Translations under genes and position numbers: made by a program | In this document: piece by piece, positions 12,500 through 25,308 of the stretch | Numbering within the stretch: position 1 is the stretch's first letter | Layout: every line of letters begins with the position of its first letter | Assembly: GCF_006345805.1 (NCBI RefSeq) | Contig: NC_043009.1 | Span: forward strand, 66,526,001 to 66,590,000 | Source of the DNA: Octopus sinensis | Lineage: Eukaryota | Length of the DNA: 64,000 bases | Direction: 5' to 3' | Notes under the pieces: model-generated | Databases searched by the model: none | What the model was told of the DNA's origin: nothing | What the model saw: the letters and a program-made list of their open reading frames with translations, nothing else

Positions 12500-12852
12500 A
12501 TTCCTTCTCCTCAAGTCATACTAGGAGCAGCACGAAGGTCGGTTTCCCAGTTTCAATGGCGTATACATTCCCCACCTGGATGGGACACCGGTCCATCGCA
12601 GAATGATTCCTTCTCAAGCCATGCCAGGCACATGAGGGCCGCTTTCTTGGTTTCGGTGACGTATATATCTCCCACCTGAACGGAACACCGGTTCGTCGCA
12701 GGATTAATCATTTCTACCAGCTGCGTGGACTGGAGCAACGTAAAATTAAGTGTTTTGCTCAAGAGCACAACGTGTCGCCCAGTCCAGGAATCGAAAGCGC
12801 AGTCTTAGGATCATGAGTCCGACACCTTGACCATTAAGCCATGCGCCTCCAC
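12500..12852 (-). mobile_element. Third SINE type (GTGGAGGCGCATGGC head) with a duplicated central domain
   Basis: tRNA-like head and B box TTTCGATTCC. The motif CTGCGA..ACCGGTG.(C/T)CC.T.CAGGTGGG occurs twice. Related copies at ~2155-2437 (-), ~2550-2780 (+) and ~62420-62795 (-). Confidence 0.6.
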
Positions 12853-13387
12853 CAGCAAATGCAGTAGTAACAGAAGATATATTTATGATCAGATCTGGCA
12901 TCAAGAATGTAGACGGAGGGGGAGGACAATGAGTAATGAGGTTGGATTACGGAAGAAGGTGAGGGTAAGGAACGCGAAGTTAAGAGAAGAAAGTACGTAA
13001 AATGTCGAAAGGGGAGAAAAGGGTAATGGACGAAGAAGAAGAAAATGAAAGAAATGAATGAAAGAGAAATGAGAGAGTCATTGAGTTGGTGTGGGATGTT
13101 TGACATTCAGAATGGATAAACCACATAATGAAAAAATTAGAGAGCAGAGATCACTGGAAATCTCTTAAAAAGAACGAGAGAATGATATTCTAAAATAGTA
13201 CCCCAACGGTACATGAAGTGGTTCTGTAAATTGTTGGTGATCTTGTTTCGTATAAGTGTTTTGTATGTGTAACTATGAAAGGAACCAGGAAAACATACAT
13301 ATAGAAGAAAATATAAAAGTAATGAACAGACCAAAATGTGGTTCGGCAGGCAATATTTAAATGTGAATAGCGGTATTTAGCCTGAGA

Positions 13388-13615
13388 AGGCGGCGAGCTG
13401 GCAGAAACGTTAGCACGCCGGGCGAAATGCTTTGCGGTATTTCGTCTGCGTTACGTGTGAGTTCAAATTCCGCCGAGTCGACTTTGCCTTTCATCCTTTC
13501 GGGGTCGATAAATTAAGTAAGTTACGCACTGGGGTCGATGTAATCGACTTAATACCTATGTCTGTCCTTGTTTGTCCCCTCTGTGTTTAGCCCCTTGTGG
13601 GTAATAAAGAAATAG
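13388..13615 (+). mobile_element. Full-length chimeric Tx1-tailed SINE directly upstream of the Tx1
   Basis: A-box-like TGGCAGAAACGTTAG (13399-13413), B-box GAGTTCAAATTCC (13459-13471), and a tail ending AATAAAGAAATAG joined to GTATTTCGTC. Confidence 0.88.
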
Positions 13616-13796
13616 GTATTTCGTCTGTCGCACATGTGTTCGTGAAGTAAGAATTGCTGTTTCGTGGTGTTAATATTGTTAACAACTGTTGTTTCTTGTT
13701 AAACTGTTGAATAACTTAACTGTTGGAGTTTTCAATTGAAAACACTTAGTGCTTGTGGTAGCACGCGTTGTTCATTCCCCCTTTGGGGGGAAGAAT

Positions 13797-15325
13797 GTCG
13801 TCTAGCATGGAGCCTACCGTTGGAGCAGAAATACTTGTTTCTCCTGTTGAGAGGAGGAAATACATGTCCGGCGAGGAGCCAACTACAGACAAGGAAATAG
13901 GGGTTTCCCCCGCTACAAGAAGGAATAGCAGAGAGGATAATATATTTGATATTTTTGGAGATGTGTCTGAGAGCTCGTCAGAACTTTCACCAGAAGAGTT
14001 TCCGACTTTGCCCAGAGAACAAAGGCATTGTGTCGAAGAGAATAATTGATGTGCCTAGCATCCAGATAGAACCAAAAAATGGAAAAAAAAGTTTTGCGTT
14101 GGCTGCTGGGGGTGGAACCCAGATACTGTCGACGAATAAAAGCGAAATTATGAAATACAGCAAAATGATGGAAATAAATGACAACAGTGTGAAAATTGAA
14201 CCTCCGCAAAAGTTATTACAGGAAGAAAAGCAAAAAACAATAATTTTCAAAACATATTGTCTACAAAATAGAAAAATTGAAAGAAAGATGTCAGAAGAGA
14301 AAATAGAAAAGTGCTTAAAGCCAATATTGGGCGACGTAGTATTTCTGAGAAGAGGAAAAAATTCGGAACGGTGGAAGTAAGGTTCACCAATAAAGAAATA
14401 GCACACAAGAACTCAGTGGAAACGTTGAAAACGAACGACGTGGAGTTAATACCCTATTATATGGGGATGAGGACGTCGCGAATAAAAATTACAAGGGTCC
14501 CGCCAGAGGTCGAACCTATGTGGTTGTTGGCGGCAGTCCTAATCAAAGAGGTAGAAAAATTACTCTCCTCCAGGCTACCGCTACGGAAAACCCACGCTGG
14601 GATGGTAAAACAATTAATCTTCTCATTCAAGCGGACCCTAAAATAATTCAAACAATTCCTGAGACAATTGAGGTAGGGGAGGAGAACCTCGTGGTGTTTG
14701 TTGAGGGCCGAAAACCTCGATGTTTTTATGTGGTCAATTAGGCCACATTCGAAGGAACTGCAAGGAAAATGAAGAAGAGGAGGAAGAGGAGAAAAAAGAC
14801 AAAGAGGGAAGATAAAGAAGAGAAACAGATGAGAAAAAAACAACAAACAAAAGAAAAATACAACCAGCAACCCAGCCGAGAGCGGCGACTACTACAGAAC
14901 AACGACCAAAAAAGACTGCCAGAAGAAGAAAGAAAGAAAAAGGCATAATAGCCGTATACACTAAAGATACTGAGCTCATGAGAGACATTCAACTCATAAA
15001 GACTGTAAAAAAAATTGATAACCTTTCAGAGGAATTTATCAATTACGACATATATGAAGTCTCAAATAAGACTTATAGAATTCTACAAAATAAGTACAGA
15101 AAGACTATATCTTCATTGAGATTAGATTTTAACAAGTCGATATTTCATGGATTACCAGCTCCGATCCCGCGAGAAAAGGAAAAGGTGGAGATTCCCCCTC
15201 CACCTGATAATTCTGTGTCGGTGGTGAGACGGGATTTTGACAAATCTATTTCCCAAGACCGTCCACCTCCGACCCTGGATAAAAAAAAGGTGGAGGGTCC
15301 CCCTCCACCGGACAATCCTAATTAA
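13797..15325 (+). pseudogene. Tx1 ORF1 (gag-like nucleic-acid-binding protein), frameshifted
   Basis: Overlapping ORF pieces 13768-14049, 13946-14380, 14311-14646, 14520-14741 and 14978-15325. A zinc knuckle CF.CGQLGHIRRNC is read across a frameshift at ~14718-14762, followed by a charged low-complexity stretch and a Pro-rich end. Confidence 0.8.
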
Positions 15326-15336
15326 ACAGGTAAGTG

Positions 15337-18300
15337 ATGGCTATTCACATTGGTTGTTTAAATGTTCATGGCCTGTTGTCAAGCTGGAAGCAAGGACGCT
15401 TTCTGAATGACATCAGGTCGAGAAATTTGGATGTAATTGTTGCAACGGAAACCCGGGTGAAGGGGCCAAGAGATCTGCTCCCCCTCCTGAACGGCTACGA
15501 GAAATACGTTTCTCCGAGTCGGGCGGGAGGTGGGGGTGGGGTGTTGGTCCTACTAAAAAGAAACCGGGTAGCCGAGAAAAAGTTGGTTTTTCTGACCCAG
15601 AAGGCAGGCTGGTCGTTCTCGACTTGACATTCAGTTGTGGCAAGACAATCAGGCTGGTCGCTATTTATGCACCAAACATTATTGGCCCGCAAACTGAATA
15701 TTTTCGTGGCCTAGGAAAGTTCCTAGCCACGTCGCATTCACTAGTAGTGTTAGGAGACTCTAATACAATATGTGCAGCACACACAGATTGTGTTGGCTCA
15801 AACTCGAACATGAACAGAAAATGTAACACAGGCTTTCGGGATCTGCTAAGTCAATTTCAGCTAGCAGATCCATATAGGTTGGAGGAGCACCCGAACACTC
15901 CACAGTGGACGTGGTCAAATAGTGAGGGTCTACCAGAACATATCTAGATAGGATTTTAATTAGAGAAAAAGATAAGTCCATAGTTGAGTGTCCACAGTTT
16001 TTCTAGTCAGCTACAGTGACCACAAGATGGTTACCTGTAAACTGACGGTAGATAAGTTGCATAGACAGGGATCTGGCTACTGGAAACTCAATACGTCCCT
16101 TTTGGCGATTGAGGAGTACAGAAAGCGGATCAAGATGTTAATACAGAGGGCATTAACAGGTACCATCATTAATAACAAATGGTGGTACGCCCTAAAAAGA
16201 GCCATCAAATATGAGTCTATTAGGTTTAGCATAAGTTTAGCTAAGAAGGGACGTAAAATAGGAGATGGTCTAGTTAAGGAACTAGAAGAAGCCTGGAGGA
16301 CTGGTAATACAGACCAAGCGAGGGTGAAAAGACTGGAGTTAAACCAGCATCTTGAAGCCCACCACATGGGAAGTATTACCAGAGCTAAGTTACGTGCAAT
16401 GGGAAGTGAAGGAATCAAAGCCGCTGGATGGGCCCGAGTGGTGGAAGCTCGGCAAGGAAATAGTTCCTCTATTCGGTCTTTGACGAATCAAAATGGTGTC
16501 TTGATAAACGAACCCGAGAAAATGTGTGAGGTCTTTCGGGAGTACTTCGCCCAGCTGTTCGGGGGTGACGGCGGTCCTGGTGGTGGGAGAGCCCTCGAGG
16601 ACTTTCTTACCGGGCTGCCGTGCCTCTCGGGGTCGGATGCGGAGTCTTGCGAAGGGCCAATCACACTTGAGGAGGTGATGGAGGCTTTGGCCGATTGTAA
16701 AGCGGGTAAGTCACCGGGACTTGATGGTCTTCCGTACGAGCTGTATAAATGTATGCCAGACTTGTTCGGGCAACTACTGACTGACGTGTACGCGAACTGG
16801 AAACAGAATGGGTTATCCCCAGATCTGTGCGCCGGGGGAGTAGTGACGTTGGTCAGAAAGGACCCGGACAAGGGGGACGTTCTAGAGAATTTCAGGCCCA
16901 TCACTCTGTTAAACGCAGCAGAAGTGAAGATTTGGCCAAGGTTCTAGCAAAAAGGTTGGCGCGTGTCGCGAATGGTATAGTCGGGGAGGCACAGACATGT
17001 GCCATCCCAGGCAGAACCATTCAGGATACCCTCCATCTTATTCGCTATACCATAGAGAGGTTGGTAATAAATCTGGCAAAGGTGGGGCATTGGTGCATTT
17101 GGACCAGTCTAAAGCTTTTGATAGGGTTGACCATCGATACCTAGCGACTGTACTTGCGCGGTTTGGCCTGGGCCTTGGCTTCCTCAGGTGGTTTATCGCT
17201 TTGTACCACAACATTGACTCGATAGTTCGGGTGAACGGTTTCCTTTCGAAGCCGTTCTGCATCAGACGCTCGGTTCGTCAAGGATGTCCGCTTTCACCAC
17301 TTTTGTATGTGATGGCTCTCGAGCCATTACTGCAAAGGTTGAGTGGCATCCCGAGAGAACCAGGACTAGAGGAGTTTGTTACGGCTTTCGCGGATGATAT
17401 CACTATCAGTGTAACCACAGTGGTACGCCCTACGTGAAGTAGGTAAGACTATTGAGGCTTACGAGGAGGTAGCAGGAGCAAAGATTAACCGGGAAAAGTC
17501 GGTCGCTTGCAGCTCGGCACCTGGGTTGGCAAGTCGATGCCTTCAGACAGTGTTGTTAGGCGCTGGACGGAGGGACCGGTTAAGTTGCTGGGAGTCTGGT
17601 TTGGACCAGGCCTCCAGATAGAGAAGAACTGGACGGAGGTATTGAGCAGGGTGGCTGCAGTAGTCAAGACTTGGTCTTGGCGGTGGCTATCCCTGAAAGG
17701 GAGGGCGGAAGTGGCCAATGTGTTTATCGCATCGGTCATTACCTACCGCCTGACTGTCGTGCCCTGTCCGGATTCGTGGTGATCAGTTGGTGGAGAGACA
17801 GCTCTTTCGCTTTTGTGGAAGGGCAGGTCGCCACTTGTGAAACGCTCTGTCTGCTGTCAAAAGCCTTTAAATGGAGGTTTAGGGATGCCTTGGTTAATGA
17901 TGCGCAGACATGCGTTGAGGTTGAGGCACCTCTGGATTCTCCTGGATAGTGAACGGGTGTGGTCTCCGCTGGCCAGACAAATGTTCCCTGAGTTCAAGAG
18001 TTTTTGCGAACAGGAAGCCTGGTGTTCTCGTAGACCGAGGTCGAGTGTGAGTGGCATAAAGAGTGCCGTAAGGCCCTCTTGCTGTTCCGGCGCTCGGGCA
18101 ACGCCAGCGCGTGGTGGGGGTTCCACACGGATTTTATAGTGGGTTGGTAGAGTCTGAATGCGACGATGGCCTGGGGTCGACTCTAGGTCTCGGATTTATT
18201 CAACTGGACAGCTTGTTTCATCGTACATTCGGGTTGAGAACGTTGGACAACTTCCAAAAGTCCTTACCTGGCAATGCTACAGAGGTGCCTTGCCCGTTTG

Positions 18301-18740
18301 GGATAAGCTCGCAAGACATGGTAAACGTCAGTCGCCGACCTGTCCAAGATGCGGTGGGGACAGGGAAACCGTCCCTCACGCTATTGTTCAGTGTCCGGAG
18401 ATAACTGAAATGTGGGCTTATGCTGAACATCTGTTGTCCGGCGAAGGAAGAGTACGGCTGTCGACTGAGTCAATTAAAAAATTGACCACCGGGAGTTCTA
18501 ACGAACGAAGGTAAGAATTGTTTTCTCACGGTTGTAGCAATAGCAAAAGAGGCTGTATGGAATACTAGGATAAAAGGAATTAAGACAGGCAACTTTATCT
18601 CTGGTGACACATTTACGATCCTTTTTTTCTTTTCATTTGAAAAGGAAACTGTGGCTGGAGAAGAGGTGTCTGTCAGAGTGTACGTTCCAAAGAGATGGAA
18701 GTATGTTGCACGAGTGTTGTGCGTGCAAGGAACCGTGTGA
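15337..18740 (+). pseudogene. Tx1 ORF2 (APE endonuclease - reverse transcriptase - zinc finger), multiple frameshifts and stops
   Basis: MAIHIGCLNVHGL..DVIVATETRV, RLVAIYAPN, VVLGDSN, SDHKMV, GSGYWKLN, GKSPGLDGLPYELY, FRPITLLN, LDQSKAFDRVDHRYL, VRQGCPLSPLLY, AFADDITI, VKLLGVWF, GGLGMP and CPRCGGDRETVPHAIVQCP are spread over ORF fragments 15334-18514. Confidence 0.92.
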
Positions 18741-18990
18741 ATAGACGAGGAAAAAAAAAAAAAAAGGAAAAATAAAAAGGTATCAGCGGTAGATCGGGGC
18801 TTGTGGGATCGGAGCGTAACTTGATCATCGCTTCATTTGTATTGTTTTTGTACTGTGTATTCCATTCGATTTTTATGTATTGTATTTTATTTTTGATGTC
18901 ACAATTATGTAAAATCATATCGATTCACTGATCCCATCAGTTGTATTGTCCATATCTATGTTTGGCCCCCGGTGGGCAATAAAGAAATTG

Positions 18991-19236
18991 GTATTTCGTC
19001 TGCCGTTACGTTGTGAGTCCAAGTTCCGCCGAGGTCGACTTTACTTTTCATCCTTTCGGGGTCGATTAAATAAGTACCAGTTACGCACTGGGGTCGATAT
19101 AATCGACTTAATCTGTTTGTCTGTCCTTGTTTGTCCTCTTTGTATCTAACCCCTTGTAGGTAGTAAAGAAATAGGTATTTCGCCTGTCGCTACGTTCTGA
19201 GTTCAAATTCCACCGAGGTCGACTTTGCCTTTCATC
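18991..19236 (+). mobile_element. Headless Tx1-tailed SINE unit (18991-19174) followed by host SINE remainder
   Basis: The unit starts at GTATTTCGTC and ends AGTAAAGAAATAG, then GTATTTCGCCTGTCGCTACG.. resumes. Truncated by an oppositely oriented SINE head at ~19237. Confidence 0.85.
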
Positions 19237-19340
19237 CTATAGCAGAAGACTCTTGCCCAAAGTGCCATGCTGTGGGATTGAACCCGGAACCATGTTGTTG
19301 GAAAACAAGCTTCTTTCCACACATCATGCCTGCTACCTTG

Positions 19341-19427
<87 letters not shown>

Positions 19428-19510
19428 AAGAGGGAGAGAAAATGAGAGACAGAGAGTGGGAGAAAAATGACAGAGATGGATAGATTGGAAATAGAAAGAC
19501 AGACAGACAG

Positions 19511-19545
<35 letters not shown>

Positions 19546-19719
19546 CAGATAGATAGATAGATAGATAGATAAATAGAAAGATAGATAGACCATTCATAAT
19601 ATATAGATTCCGACATGGTGGTGATGGTAGCGATTGCAGTGGCGACGTGGGGTTGGGTTGGTGCCGGTGTTGATGGTCGCAATAGTTGTGTGCGTGCTGA
19701 GTGTTATTGGTTTCTTTGC

Positions 19720-19767
<48 letters not shown>

Positions 19768-19789
19768 ATTCTGTGACTGATTAACTGGT

Positions 19790-21370
19790 CAGGCGTGTAG
19801 AGTTGTTTTGTTGATTCTGTGCTGAAAGTGTTTCTTCTTCTGCGAGCGAGTGGTTGCGATTGGATATCGCACGTGACGACGATGGTAGGAACTGTGGCAG
19901 GGTGGTGGAGGGCGATGTTGGCGGCGGGGGCACGGCGGTGCTGGGGTTGGTGCCGGTCTCAGCTCAGTTTGTTGCAATGATGATGATGATGATGATGATG
20001 ATGATGGTGATTGTATTGTAGCATTGGTAGTGGTGCAGGTAATAAGTAGGGTGGTAGCGATGGTGAGTGTAGCCGTGGGGGGGATTAGAGGTGCTGTTGT
20101 TCCTATCAATTGTGGTGGTGGTGGTGGAGGAAATAATGCGCCATTGTTGGGGTGGCCGAATAGAGGGGGGAGTGATGGGACTAGAGGGGATGTTGATGAT
20201 AGCGTAGGGGGCTGTGGTACTATTAGCACTGGTTGTGGTGGTGGTAGTGGTGGTGGTGGTGGTGGTATTGATGGTGGTGGTCGTGGTGTGATATAGGTAG
20301 TAGTGGCGGTTGATGTAGGTGGTAGTTGTGGTTGTGGTTGTGGCTGTGACGGTAGGTGGGGTCGTTGTTTTGTGGTGGTGGTGATAATGGTGGAAGTGGT
20401 GATAGAGGTGGCGGTGCTGGTGACGTGATGATGATGATGATGATGATGTGAGGAGGAGGATGGTGATGATGGTGGTGATGGTGGTGTTGGCAGTGATAGT
20501 TGAGGTAGTAGTAGAGGTAGTGGTGGTGGTTGACATGACGGTGTAGTGGAGATGTCGGTGGTTGTACTGATAGCGAGGTCACGCTGCCTTTGACGCTGGT
20601 AGCGCCACTGGGGGCGGCAGTGGAGGCAAGTGGCGTCGGTGGCGCGGCTGTTGCCGCTGTCTGTTGTGACGACGATGGTGGTAGTGTTCTTGTGGTTATT
20701 GATAGAGCATCATTGTGATGGTGTCGGCGATGGTGACATTAACGGCGTCAGCGATGGTGGTCTCGTGTTCGGGGTGACGGTGACGGTGGTGATGCTGGTT
20801 GTGGTGGTGGTGGTGGTGGTGGTGGTGGTGGTGGTGTTGGTGGTTTTGGTGGTGGTGGTGGTAGTGATGGTTGTGGTGGTGGTGGTGGTGGTGATGATGG
20901 TTGTGGTGGTGGTGGTTGTGGTGATGATGGTTGTAGAGGTGGTGGTGGTGGTGGTGGTGGTGGTGGTGATGATGGTTGTGGTGGTGGTGATGATGGTTGC
21001 GGTGGTGGTGGCGATGATGGTTGTGGTGTGGTGGTGGTGGTGGTGATGATGGTTGCGGTGATAGTGGTGGTGGTGATGCTATTGTCTGTAATTGCAACGG
21101 ACGTTTCTTGTGGGGACATCGGTAGCGGTGGTGGTTCTGGTGAGGATGGTGGCTCTGATTACTGGTGGTTGGTATGGACGGACGGTGGCAGCGTTCGTGC
21201 TGTTGATGATGATCATGGTGCCGGCTGGCGTGGGAGCGGGGAGAGGATAGCTGGCGGCGTAGCGATGGAAGTTAACATTCTTTGAGATGGTAGTGATGGT
21301 GTTGGTTGTAGTTACCGGTGGTATGGAAGAGTATTGTGGGGGGTGGGGGTGGAGGGGCAGGGGGGGGGTT
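19790..21370 (+). repeat. (GGT/GAT)n-rich low-complexity region
   Basis: Trinucleotide-phased G/T-rich sequence. Its poly-V, poly-H, poly-T and poly-P ORFs are artefacts. Confidence 0.9.
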
Positions 21371-21819
21371 AAGGACTAGATCAAATATAAACTAAAACTG
21401 CAGTCGCATCCAGAGAAAATACTAAGCTGTTAATTTCTTGCATGACTGCAAGCAATAAGCACCAAACTGTAACACCAACACCACTTCAACTACCACCCAT
21501 ACACACACTGCAACCGCCACGCGTACATTACAACTAATACTACTACTGCTGCTGATGATGATGATGATAATGATGATAATGATGATGATGATGATGATGA
21601 AGGTATGCTGATGATGATCATGGTGATGCGGACAATATATTTATCACAATAAATTCATGTGCACTGACACGCTTGCACACGCCCTACCTTAATCAGCGTA
21701 TGTATGTATGCATGTATGTATGTGTGTGTATGTATGTATGTATGTATGTATGTATGTATGTATGTATGTATGTATGTATGGTATGTGTATGTATGTATGT
21801 ATGTATGTATGTATGTATT

Positions 21820-21864
<45 letters not shown>

Positions 21865-22127
21865 CAGCAAGTGCAGTTTTGGGTTATATAGACTCAAAAC
21901 TGCCCAAATGCCAAAAACTACAGGCTCTGCTGTCATTAATTTATATCCTGCTTATGTCCTATACGACTCACAGACGCTCATCCATTACACGTTGACATCA
22001 CTTCTATCGTGTGTGTGTGTATATATATATATACACGCATCACTGTTTCATCTCTATTTGTATACATATATATAAAATATTAATAATACATACACACCCA
22101 TATATATCTGCATGCACATATACATAC

Positions 22128-22180
<53 letters not shown>

Positions 22181-22859
22181 CGTACACACACACACACACA
22201 TACATGTGGTATCACGACTATAATCAGAAAATTACAGTGGCACTAGTATATGCTAACATATAATGTAATCTGAAGTTTACTAGTCCGAACAAAGCATACG
22301 AAAACTGGATGGCGATGAGTGGAATACCTTGTACAATATGCTCAGTCGATCATGGTTACCTATGGCTAAACAACAGCAACAACAACATCAGCATGTCTTC
22401 CATCATTCCTATCATGGCCACCACGGCTGACATTATGCTTACAATCGACTTCACTGCTTGTATCCACGCGTTTATTGACAAAATTGCTGATTATAGTAAG
22501 CCTAGTATGGCCGAATAGTTAAGGAGTTCGTTTTGTAGCAAAGAGGTCACGGGTTTGATCCCAGCGCATGGTACCTTGAATAGATGTCAGTTTCGATAGA
22601 TTTGAGTCGTTATATATCTTCGGAATAAAACTGGGTGGATGGAAACTACGAGTCGGATGATTTGTACCTGTATTTCGAAAGTCACAGCCTTGTCACGCTT
22701 TCACGGTCCTGCCAGGTCACGTGACTGCGTAATGCCCAACCACATTCACCTACACATCCACGCCCACCCTCACATATACGTACACGTTAATTCAGCTGAA
22801 CCCACACTGTCAAACGACGGCGTGAGTCTGTGATAAGAAGCTTGCTTCCAAACCACATG

Positions 22860-22990
22860 AGATCTACTGCGAGCAGTTTCAGTCAGCGCTAGAAGAAAAA
22901 CGACCGTCTTTGGTTTCAAAGATGTTCTTCTGTCAGGATAACGTTTGGCCAAATACAGTGAAGATGACAATTCAAAAGCTGGAGTAGAAT
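22860..22990 (+). mobile_element. Internal mariner fragment related to the 36241-37481 element
   Basis: Nucleotide similarity to 36570-36710 in reverse orientation. Translates IYCEQFQSALEEKRPSLVS..FFCQDNVWPNTVKMTIQKLE. Confidence 0.75.
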
Positions 22991-23212
22991 TCTTCTCAGA
23001 TTGAGCAATTTTTTCAGTCACGGTCGTTGTTGTTGTTGTTGGTGGTGGTGGTGGTCACGGTGGTGGTTGTCACGGTGGTGGTGGTCACGGTGGTGGGGTT
23101 CACGGTGGTGGTGGTCACGGTGGTGGTGGTCTCGGTGGTGATCCGGTTTCTGTTTTTTTAATCACTGTTAATACGATTGTTATTCTTACTGTTATTGTTA
23201 ATAATGAACATT

Positions 23213-23248
<36 letters not shown>

Positions 23249-23604
23249 TAGATGATGGTGGTGATGATGGTGATGATGGTGGTAGTGGTGGTGATTGCTA
23301 TCGTGGTTTAAATATTCTTTCATTTTGTTGTTTTCGGTATTGTTTTTGTTCTTTCCAAGGTTCGGCCATATTCGACTGATCAGACATGCTGTTTTTGCTG
23401 TTGGTGGTGGTCATTGTGGTATTAATGGTGGTGGTGGTGGTAGTGGTGGTGGTGACGATGTTCGGGTTGGTGCTGGTGATGGTGGTAGTGTCGGGGTTGG
23501 TGATGGTGGTAATGGTATTAGTGATGTTGTTGGTTGGTGGTGGTGTGGAAATTACTAAAGTTTAGTGCAGTGTGACTGCTTTCTTTTGTTAGGTGGTAGT
23601 AGTC

Positions 23605-23637
<33 letters not shown>

Positions 23638-23638
23638 A

Positions 23639-23706
<68 letters not shown>

Positions 23707-24090
23707 ATGATACTAGTGAGTGAGGAGTTACTTGTATTCGCTGTAGTAATGTGAGATTGTGCGGTCACTCTGTGGGGGTGGGCACTAGTGGCTTCTGTAA
23801 TGATGACGATGATAATGTTGGTGTTGTTGTTGTTGTTGTTTGTAGGGTGTGTTCGTACGGAGTGAGCGTTGGTAGCCTCAACCGGTACACGCACCTCTTG
23901 GTAAAACTAACTTCCTGTCTAATCTGTATCGATTGAATTTGTGTCAGCCAAAATGGCCGACCTCCGTGTTTAAGCCTGAAGCGTCCCCATTCAAGCAAAA
24001 CACCTTCGCGCTATATGACGTTAGAAGAGTCTAAAGTAAACAGTCTCGCCAGATTAATCGCTCAGCCAATATCTATAGGGCTACTTCTGC

Positions 24091-24128
<38 letters not shown>

Positions 24129-24479
24129 TCATTTTAAACTATCTTCCGCTCTCTCTTCTATTTCACTTCATCTCTAATATCCAATATCAATCGTTCGCCA
24201 TCTTTTTCTCTTTCATTTCCCACATTCTGTCATACGCCATATGTTCCCCCTCTTCGTCTCTCCTCCGCTCCGCTCTCTCTCTCTCTCTCTCTCTCCCTTC
24301 TCTCTCATTTTCTATTTCTGCTTCTTCTACCCTTTCTAAATCTATTTTTTTTATTTCAATGTATCTCAACACAGACACACCAAAACACTCAAACAAGTGT
24401 GCGCCTGAGCATACGTACGTGTATTTCTATATATTTCTTTGTATATACACATGTACAAACACATATAAACAATTTGACT

Positions 24480-24541
24480 CTCTCTCAATTTCTCTCATTA
24501 TCTATCTTTTTCTCTTTGTATAGTTGTGTATATGTATATAC

Positions 24542-24583
<42 letters not shown>

Positions 24584-24698
24584 ATACATATATATATGTA
24601 TATATATATACACACACAAACACATATACACAGATACACAGATGCATACATACATACGCACGTACATACATACATGCATAGATACATACATGCATACA

Positions 24699-24732
<34 letters not shown>

Positions 24733-25243
24733 CATATATACAAACATGCGTACGTGTGTACATATATATACACACATCATTATACACAACTAAAAGCAGG
24801 CTAAAAGAGCAAACAGAAAGGGCAAAGAAGAGAGAGAAGGAGGAGAAAGCGAGAGAAGGAGGGAGAAAGAGAGAGAGATAGACAGACAGACAGACAGATA
24901 AAGAAAGAGATAAAGAGAGACTTAGATAGGAAGAGGTAACGTGTGCGTGTGTGTATGTGTGTGAAAAAGTGAGAAAAATAAATATATATCCTTTCTGTTT
25001 TTTTTTTGTTTCGGTTGTTCATTCTTTTGCCATCAGCTTTCTACTAAATCACTACCACTCCTCATTTTGCATCCAACCACTCCTCTTCCGCTTCCTCCTC
25101 CACCTCCTCCTCTTCAATCCTGTTATTTTTGTATCAATAGTGATGTCAATATGTACTTATCTTTATCATTGGCGTGTGTTTGATCTTTTGTGTGATTGCG
25201 TTGTACGTGTGTATCGTTCTGTGTCTGGTTCCCATATATATAT

Positions 25244-25308
<65 letters not shown>

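Larger units (their letters stand above)
13631..18990 (+). mobile_element. Full-length Tx1-type (L1 superfamily) non-LTR retrotransposon, inactivated by frameshifts
   Basis: 5' UTR, ORF1 with CCHC knuckle, ORF2 with APE endonuclease, RT (FADD) and C-terminal CxxC..H..C motif, and a 3' UTR ending GTGGGCAATAAAGAAATTG. Flanked by direct repeats gtatttcgtctgtcg (13616-13630) and gtatttcgtctgccg (18991-19005), 14/15 identical. Confidence 0.93.

Noticed and set aside
13388-13475. SINE heads as real tRNA genes
   Set aside because: A and B boxes are present, but I could not build a cloverleaf, the box spacing is extended, and each head continues into a SINE body.
13797-18740. Tx1 as a currently active element
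   Set aside because: Numerous frameshifts and stops in both ORFs. Some could be consensus errors, but this cannot be judged from the sequence.
13388-19236. Repeated SINE units as a CRISPR-like array or a simple tandem duplication
   Set aside because: There are no unique spacers. Unit boundaries coincide with the LINE tail and recur at separate loci on both strands, and some downstream remainders have a different tail type.
22716-22725. GTCACGTGAC E-box/CLEAR palindrome
   Set aside because: An isolated 10-mer with no supporting context.
23035-23140. 15-bp GGTGGTGGTCACGGT repeat as a Gly/His-rich exon
   Set aside because: Embedded in GGT/GTT microsatellite next to a mariner fragment, with no flanking coding context.
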